From Candidatus Xenobia bacterium (GTDB lineage Bacteria; Vulcanimicrobiota; Xenobia; Xenobiales; QWHO01): a stretch of 30,284 nt of DNA. A program made the position numbers and the translations under genes. Shown one piece after another: positions 24,216-30,284 of this stretch. The DNA is taken from the NCBI GenBank assembly GCA_045863235.1, contig BTUM01000090.1, forward strand, positions 1-30,284. Direction: 5' to 3'. Under the pieces are notes generated by a model. That model had not been told where the DNA came from. It made no database searches and saw nothing but the letters and a program-made list of their open reading frames with translations. The stretch's first letter is position 1. The number at the start of each line of letters is the position of its first letter.

Positions 24216-25708
24216 GCGACGCCCACTCCCTCCCCCCCACCCTGGGCCTGATCGGCTCGGTGATCATCGTGGCTGCTCTCGGCTCGGGGCTGATCCAGCG
24301 CAGCCGCCTGCCCCAGGTGGGAGCCTTTCTGGCCCTGGGAGCCATCCTCGGTCCCTATGGCCTGGACGTGCTCAGCATCGGCCTGGATTCGCCCATCTTC
24401 CAGGTGGTGGCCACCCTGAGCCTGACCTTCGTGCTCTTCACCGACGCCGTCACGCTCAACCTCAAGGAGGTGAAGGAGCACTGGCGACTGGCCCTGGTGG
24501 TGCTGGGACCGGGCACGCTGATCACGGCCCTGGTGCTCGGCCTGGCAGCTCATCTCTTGCTGGGGCTCGCCTGGCCCCTGGCCATCATTCTGGCGGCCGG
24601 GCTGGCCTCCACCGACCCGGTCTTACTGCGCGGCATCTTGCAGCGACGCGACCTGCCGGCTTCGGCCCGCCAGGCCCTGCAGCTCGAGAGCGGACTCAAC
24701 GACATCATCTTGTTGCCCATGGTGCTGCTGGCCATGACCATCGGCAACCTGCACGGCCCGGAGCTGAGCAAGATGCTGCTGCGCCTCTTTCTGCTCGGCC
24801 CCGGAGCGGGCGTGCTGGTGGGCTTTCTGGCCGTGGCCGCCATGGAGATGCTGCGCAAGAAGACGGGCATTCGCCGCGACTACGAGTCGATCTACTCCAT
24901 CGGGGTGGCCATGGCTGCCTACGCTGCCGGCGAGATGCTGCACGGCAGCGGCTTTCTAGCCGCTTTCGCGGCCGGGTTGACCATCAACTGGATGGACGTA
25001 GAGCTGTGCGACTGCTTCGTGGAGTACGGCGAGACCACCACCGAGGTGGCCCTGCTCTTCTGCTTTGTGCTGCTGGGCGCATCGCTCATCTGGACCGGAC
25101 TGACCGTGCTCAGCCCGGCCGTGATCGCTTTCACCTTCCTGGCTCTCACGGTGCGCACGCTGGTGTTGCTGATCTCGCTGCACCGCGTGCCCCGGCGCGA
25201 GAAGTGGCTGATCGCATGGTTCGGCCCCCGCGGGCTGAGCACGCTGCTGCTGGTGCTGGTGCCCATCTTCGCCCACACCCCCGACGCCGCCAGCCTCTTC
25301 CCGGTGGCCGCCCTGGCGGCCCTGGCCTCGGTGCTGGTGCACGGGGGCAGCATGGCGCTGCTGCCCGCCCCGCCTCGAGGGCCGGCCGACGACCGCATCG
25401 AGCTCGACGAGCTGGCCGAGCTGGAGGACGCCATCTTGCTCGACTCGCGCACCGATCGCTCCTACGAGGAGAGCGAGCAGACCGTGTCGGGAGCCCACCG
25501 GGTGCACCCCGACCGCCCGGTGGAGGAGGTGCGCCGCCTGGGCCTGCCTCAGGACGCCCCTCTGGTGGTCTTCTGCACCTGTCCCAGCGAGGAGACGAGC
25601 GGACGGGTGACCGAGACCCTGCGCCGGGCCGGATGGACGAAGACCCGCGCCCTGGTGGGGGGCTGGCGGGCACTGGAGAAGTCCGAGCTGCCTTTGCGGG
25701 CTAAGTGA
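24212..25708 (+). CDS. CPA1 (NhaP-like) cation:proton antiporter fused to a C-terminal rhodanese domain
   Basis: LFTDA, LASTDPV, ESGLND, SGFLAAF, WFGPRGL; C-terminal LLDSR..GAHRV..VVFCTCPSEETS..ALVGGW. Confidence 0.88.
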   Translation: MSDAHSLPPTLGLIGSVIIVAALGSGLIQRSRLPQVGAFLALGAILGPYGLDVLSIGLDSPIFQVVATLSLTFVLFTDAVTLNLKEVKEHWRLALVVLGPGTLITALVLGLAAHLLLGLAWPLAIILAAGLASTDPVLLRGILQRRDLPASARQALQLESGLNDIILLPMVLLAMTIGNLHGPELSKMLLRLFLLGPGAGVLVGFLAVAAMEMLRKKTGIRRDYESIYSIGVAMAAYAAGEMLHGSGFLAAFAAGLTINWMDVELCDCFVEYGETTTEVALLFCFVLLGASLIWTGLTVLSPAVIAFTFLALTVRTLVLLISLHRVPRREKWLIAWFGPRGLSTLLLVLVPIFAHTPDAASLFPVAALAALASVLVHGGSMALLPAPPRGPADDRIELDELAELEDAILLDSRTDRSYEESEQTVSGAHRVHPDRPVEEVRRLGLPQDAPLVVFCTCPSEETSGRVTETLRRAGWTKTRALVGGWRALEKSELPLRAK

Positions 25709-27182
25709 CCGAGACCACCACTCCCCGGCTCTCGTTGCCGTTGCGGGTGGCGGCCGCGATCGCCCACCGGCCGGGCTGCAGCTCGACCGTGGACTGGCTG
25801 GCGGGAACGATGCGGTCGAGCTCCCAGCCGGGAGCGGTGATGGTCTCCTTGTAGACCGTCCAGGCCCGCAACGGAGCGCCATCGGTGTGAGCCAGACGGG
25901 CGGTGCGCCCCTCCAGCTCGACGGCCGGCGGGCTGACCTCACGCGCGGCCGTGCGCGCGATCGGCGGGGTCAAGGCGGGCTTTTGATACAGCTCGTCTCG
26001 GAACACTCCCACGATCCCCTGGCGGTTCTTCAGCAGTGGATCCACGTTGTACCAGATGTTGCCCGTCGCCCCCTGCTCGGCCTTGCCGCGGCAGATGCGC
26101 ACCTGCTTCTTGAACTCGTCGATGGTCCAGCGCGAGCTGGTGCCCAGCGCGGTCAGGTCGTTGCCGGCAAAGATATCCCGGCCGCCCTGGGAGTGATCGG
26201 CCCACCAGTTGAGCAGCGTCTCGTAGGGCTGGCGCGCCTGGGTGGTGGGCCAGTAGAGTTGGGGCGCCAGGTAGTCGACCCAACCCTGGTTCATCCACTT
26301 CTGGGGATCGGCGTAGAGCCCGTGGTATTGATCAAAGCCGCTGGTGCCCTCGGGTCGGTCCGGGGCAGGCAAGCCGAACGGCGAGACGCCGAAACGCACG
26401 TGCTCTTTCTGCTCCCAGACCGCCTGGCCGGTCTGGCGGATGGCCTGGTTGACGTTCTCTCGGCGCCAGTCGGCGCGCGAGAGCTTGCCCCCGCCCGCCT
26501 GGTAGGCGCGCCAGGTAGCCTGGTCGGGGAAGTCCACCCCGCTGATGGGATACGGGTAGAAGTAGTCGTCGAAGTGCAGCCCGTCGATGTCGTAACGCCG
26601 GGTGATGTCGCGACAGACGTCTACCAGTCGCTGGCGCACCACCTCGGCCCCCGGGTCCATCCAGCGCTGCTGGCGGCCGTAGCGGTGGACGTGCTCGGGG
26701 TGCTCCACAGCCATGTGGGGGGAGACCCGGGGAGCGGTGCCGGCCTGAGCCCGGTAGGGGTTGAGCCAGGCGTGCACTTCGATGTTGCGGGCATGAGCCT
26801 CGCTGATGAGGTATTCAAGGGGATCGTAGCCGGGGTTGCGGCCCTGAGTGCCGGTCAACCAGGCGCTCCAGGGCTCGAGCTGGGAGGCGTAGAGGGCGTC
26901 GCCCTCGGGGCGCACCTGGAAGAAGACGGCGTTGAAACCGCACTCCTGCAGCCGATCGAGCATGGTCACCAGCTCTTGCTTCTGCTGCTCGGTGGGCAGG
27001 GTGGCACGGCTGGGAAAGTTCAGGTTCCAGATGCTGGCCACCCAGGCCCCGCGCAGCTCGCGCTGATGCGCGACCGGCACGGTGGAAAGATCCACGCGGT
27101 CCACCGGGCCCGGCTCGGCCGCTCTCGGGGCCGCCGCCGGGCGAGGGGGATTGAGGACAGGTCTTGCTTCGCGAACCAGCAT
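25701..27182 (-). CDS. glycoside hydrolase-like family 10 (YddW/DUF187) protein
   Basis: ELRGAWVAS, FFQVRPEGDALY, YDPL, HAWLNPYR, YDIDGLHFDDYFYPY, FGVSPFG, VDYLAPQLYW. Confidence 0.92.
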   Translation of the reverse strand: MLVREARPVLNPPRPAAAPRAAEPGPVDRVDLSTVPVAHQRELRGAWVASIWNLNFPSRATLPTEQQKQELVTMLDRLQECGFNAVFFQVRPEGDALYASQLEPWSAWLTGTQGRNPGYDPLEYLISEAHARNIEVHAWLNPYRAQAGTAPRVSPHMAVEHPEHVHRYGRQQRWMDPGAEVVRQRLVDVCRDITRRYDIDGLHFDDYFYPYPISGVDFPDQATWRAYQAGGGKLSRADWRRENVNQAIRQTGQAVWEQKEHVRFGVSPFGLPAPDRPEGTSGFDQYHGLYADPQKWMNQGWVDYLAPQLYWPTTQARQPYETLLNWWADHSQGGRDIFAGNDLTALGTSSRWTIDEFKKQVRICRGKAEQGATGNIWYNVDPLLKNRQGIVGVFRDELYQKPALTPPIARTAAREVSPPAVELEGRTARLAHTDGAPLRAWTVYKETITAPGWELDRIVPASQSTVELQPGRWAIAAATRNGNESRGVVVSVT

Positions 27183-27472
27183 TCCAGTGTGAGACTACCC
27201 GTCAGGCTGCTCGGAACGGGTGAACCCGTTGTAAACTGCAAGCACCGGCCACGAATTTGAAGTTCTTTAGCAAGGCTTCAGGTTCCCAGGACCGTTCCTT
27301 AAGCCGTCCAGAGTATGCTGGGTGCATGGATACACTTGCGATATTGACACTGATTCTAGCCATCGTGATCTCGGTCTGGCCCTCGCCCAGGAAACCCACG
27401 AGCTACTCCAGGTAGACAGGAGATCGGCCGTCCGTCGCTCGAAAAATGCCCCCGACCGGGGGAGGCGAGAAG

Positions 27473-28522
27473 ATGGACCTGTTCGATCCGGCCACAGAAG
27501 TGTGCGAGTTCCTGGCCTCCAGGAAGGCGCGACTGGCGCAAGCTCGCTGGTCGCGCCCGAGGGACCGTCAGGAAGCTTGCCGTCTGGCCTACGGGTTATT
27601 CGTGTTCGAGCGCGCGGAGGAAGCTCTGCGGCTGAGTCGCCACCTGGCGCAAGAGCTGAAAGACGGCGAAGAGGCCGAGTATGCCCTGGCACTGGTCGCT
27701 CATCTTAACCAGGAGCGGCTGTCCCAACTGAAAGTCGGGATGCCACGCAAGAATGGCTCGCTGCTGGAGAAAAAGCTCCTCAGGAAGGGCGGCCCACCGT
27801 CGGAAGAGTGGGAAGCACGGCTCTCCGAGTTGATGGAGCAGGTCTTCGTGGCCGCGGTCGGGCCGGGACCTCGCCTGAACCCGCAAGACCTTCTCCTCTG
27901 GACCGAGGACAACCTGAACCGCCTGCGCGAGCTGGTGCCCCGCCGGACGGGCCAGGGAGCCAGGCCCGTCGGGAGAAAGCCACCCCCAAATGACAGCCCT
28001 CCCATCGAGTTGCCCCGGGCCTTCGCCCCTCAAGCAACCGATCCAGCTGCGCTGCGCGCGGCTCGTGCGGCAGCCGGACGGCAATTCAAGTGGAGCCGGT
28101 CTCGCTCTCTGCTCGATGCATCCACTCTCGCCCTGTGGCTCGAGATTGCCGGGCACCCCGACGAGGCCAGCGAAGTCTGCTCGTTCCTGGCTGAAAGTCG
28201 CTTCACCGGAGACCACTCCCTGTGGGCCGGGGTGGAGACGGCCCTGGCTCTCCAGGCCCTTCTCCGCCCACCAGGGCAGATCTCTCGCATCCTCGACGCC
28301 GGCTTCGTGATCGACAGGCTCGAGGGCGGATTGCTCGAGGCGCCCTTGGAGAGCGCTCGGGAAAGAGCGCAGGGCCAGAATGCACGCGAGATCGGCTGGC
28401 TGCTGAGCGCTCTAGCTGAGCTGACCGTGATTCGAGCTGTTCTCAAAGCCCGAGGACAATCACGCCCGAAGCTCGAGCGCCTCTGGCAAGAAGTTCGCTC
28501 CCGCTTGAAGGAGCATCTGTAA
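27473..28522 (+). CDS. hypothetical helical protein with internal duplication
   Basis: GGAGG SD before ATG 27473; two similar segments (WSRPRDRQEACRLAYGL..EEA and WSRSRSLLDASTLALWL..DEA). Confidence 0.7.
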   Translation: MDLFDPATEVCEFLASRKARLAQARWSRPRDRQEACRLAYGLFVFERAEEALRLSRHLAQELKDGEEAEYALALVAHLNQERLSQLKVGMPRKNGSLLEKKLLRKGGPPSEEWEARLSELMEQVFVAAVGPGPRLNPQDLLLWTEDNLNRLRELVPRRTGQGARPVGRKPPPNDSPPIELPRAFAPQATDPAALRAARAAAGRQFKWSRSRSLLDASTLALWLEIAGHPDEASEVCSFLAESRFTGDHSLWAGVETALALQALLRPPGQISRILDAGFVIDRLEGGLLEAPLESARERAQGQNAREIGWLLSALAELTVIRAVLKARGQSRPKLERLWQEVRSRLKEHL

Positions 28523-28524
28523 AC

Positions 28525-29550
28525 TCAGCTCTCCCCGCTGGTTTCCTCGACCAGGTGGTCCTCGGTGCTTTCTTCCTCTTCCTGGCGCCGCTCCTTGCCC
28601 GCGATCTGGCCTTTGCGCACCGCATCCACCAGCGGGATGCCTCCGAGCAGAGTCAGCAGCACCCCCGCCCCCACGGCGACCGAGTTGCGCACGAAGTCGG
28701 TGCGCATGAACGGAATGTCGTAGAGCGGTGAGCGGGCCTCGGCCCCCAGGACCTCGTGGTCGATGACCATGCGCTCGATGATGCGCACGGCATCCTTGAC
28801 GAAGAGGTTGCTCAGAATTTCGCCGAACTCCCGGGTGGCCTTGGCAGGCGCGCCCATATAGCCCGCCCCGTCACCCACGCTGCGGCAAAGGGCGTCGTTG
28901 ATGCGGCGAAAGTCCTCCACGATGACCGGATCGAGGTTCTTGTAATCCGGCTTGACCAGGTCAGGGCGGGCCAGCAGCATCAGCGAGGTCTCCCACCAGC
29001 CGGCATGCCAGTCCACCTTGAGCAGCGCTTTCTCCTCCGGCGTCAGGGTCTGCGACAAGAGCTCATCCAGCTCGTCGAAATACCCGCCGCTGAAGAACTT
29101 GGTGGCCACTGCCCCCACCGGGCTCACCACGCAGCACTTGAAGCGACGGCTGACGATGTCGGCCGCCTCCTCCATGGCCACGATGTGGCCGGTTCCGCCA
29201 TGCACGCTGACCAGTACGATGTTCTTGAAGCCGTGGCGCGCCAGCGAGGCACCATAATCGACGAGCAGGTCGCGCACCACCCGCTGGCGGGTGAACAGGC
29301 TGCCCGGGAAGTCGAAGGCGTTGGAGCCCACCGGCAGGGCGGGGATCAGCAACACGTTCCAATCGGGGTGCAGCGAGTCGAACAGCTCGGCCATGCGCTG
29401 GGTCAGAAACTCGGCCCCAAAAAGATCCATGCCCAGCGGCATGTGGGGGCCGTGCTGCTCGAGGGGGCTGACAGGCAGGAAGACGAGACATTGCTCGCGA
29501 TCGAGCTCGTCTAGCTCGAACCAGGTGAGCTCGGCGACTTTGCGTATCAT
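28525..29550 (-). CDS. creatininase / creatinine amidohydrolase family protein with C-terminal TM
   Basis: PLEQHGPHMPLGMD, FPGS, HGFKNIVLVSVHGG, DWHAGWWETS; hydrophobic VAVGAGVLLTLLGGIPLV near the C-terminus. Confidence 0.9.
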   Translation of the reverse strand: MIRKVAELTWFELDELDREQCLVFLPVSPLEQHGPHMPLGMDLFGAEFLTQRMAELFDSLHPDWNVLLIPALPVGSNAFDFPGSLFTRQRVVRDLLVDYGASLARHGFKNIVLVSVHGGTGHIVAMEEAADIVSRRFKCCVVSPVGAVATKFFSGGYFDELDELLSQTLTPEEKALLKVDWHAGWWETSLMLLARPDLVKPDYKNLDPVIVEDFRRINDALCRSVGDGAGYMGAPAKATREFGEILSNLFVKDAVRIIERMVIDHEVLGAEARSPLYDIPFMRTDFVRNSVAVGAGVLLTLLGGIPLVDAVRKGQIAGKERRQEEEESTEDHLVEETSGES

Positions 29551-30116
29551 CGATCATCCCCATTATAGCAGAAGGGATGGCGCTCGACCAACATCCAGGG
29601 GATGTCGAGCGACAGGATCGTTCTCACCAGGCCATTGCTTGCGATTGAGGGATCTTCAACGCTCGAACAAAAATTCCTAGAGGCGGGCTCGAGAAGCATT
29701 ACCGGCCTGAGCCGGCGGGGGGTCCGCCTCTACGATCCACGTGGGCCCGATGGGCGGGCAGCAGACGCGCTCAGGGCGCTCAAGTCCCGGGCCGACGTCA
29801 TGCTGGCCGGAACGGTGGGCAATGTGGGCCACGGGCCAGCCTCGGCGGCTGTCTCTGCGGAACCCATGTGACAGGGTTGCCCAGTTCGGCCAGGTCGCGG
29901 CCGAGGGTGCGGCGACCCAACTGCATGGAGGGACTGGGGCGCACGGCGCTCGGGCTCGAGCCAGGCCCCCGAGCCAAGAAGGCTGTCGTCGATCCTCAGC
30001 CCGGCGTGCTGAACGAGCGCGGCCAGGAGCATTTCCTCGGCTGCCTGCTGGCGCCCGCTCCGAAACGTGGCCCCGGCCAGGCCCTCAGGCGGCTTGAGCC
30101 GCGCCTCAGCCGAGCC

Positions 30117-30284
30117 ACGAACGCCAGTTTGTCCCCGCGGGGGACGAACGCTTGCTCGGCTCGCAGGCTTGGCAGACGAACGCCGGTTTGTCCCCGCGGG
30201 GGACGAACACTTGCTCGGCCTGCAGGCTTGCAGACGAACGCCAGTTTGTCCCCGCGGGGGACGAACACTTGCTCGGCCTGCAGG
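30117..30284. repeat. tandem palindromic repeat, 58-59-bp period (REP/BIME-like), runs off the window
   Basis: Units start at 30117, 30176 and 30234; each holds GTTTGTCCCC-GCG-GGGGACGAAC (30127, 30186, 30244). Confidence 0.85.

Noticed and set aside
22967..24553. 528-aa extended pirin ORF
   Set aside because: The N-terminal half is antisense to hxlR and the antiporter; pirin motifs begin only after GTG 23761.
29602..29871. 89-aa ORF divergent from the creatininase gene
   Set aside because: Weak SD and no recognisable motif; cannot be supported as a gene.
30117..30284. CRISPR array
   Set aside because: Inter-repeat sequences are nearly identical rather than unique, and no cas genes or AT-rich leader are seen.

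Overview
GC-rich bacterial chromosomal segment from a diderm organism (TonB system and lipoproteins present; taxon not determinable from sequence alone), with about 34 CDS. I found no rRNA, canonical tRNA, transposase/integrase or cas genes. Left to right: the 3' part of an acidic, repeat-rich TPR protein; a 4.6-kb block of six co-oriented genes (secreted protein, SAM methyltransferase, SDR, HTH/coiled-coil protein, HEXXH lipoprotein, secreted partner) bracketed by a 22/23-bp direct repeat containing an NrdR-box-like motif; thioredoxin-domain protein, endonuclease I and transglutaminase-like lipoprotein. A ~10-kb metal-homeostasis locus follows: TBDR-exbB-exbD-tonB, a His/Glu-rich lipoprotein, a His/Cys-rich protein plus a hidden paralogous copy, an SmtB/ArsR regulator, and a HupE/UreJ - MsrQ-like - PilI-like permease - small membrane protein - TPR operon. 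Three of its promoters share one palindrome (WAATGATA-N6-TATCATTW). The right part holds a nucleotidyltransferase-HD fusion with a structured leader, DUF4031, pirin/HxlR, a CPA1 antiporter-rhodanese fusion, a GHL10 hydrolase, a hypothetical protein, a creatininase-family enzyme and a palindromic ~59-bp tandem repeat at the edge. The best candidates for undescribed biology are the metal regulon and the NTase-HD fusion. All family calls come from motif recognition, not database searches.
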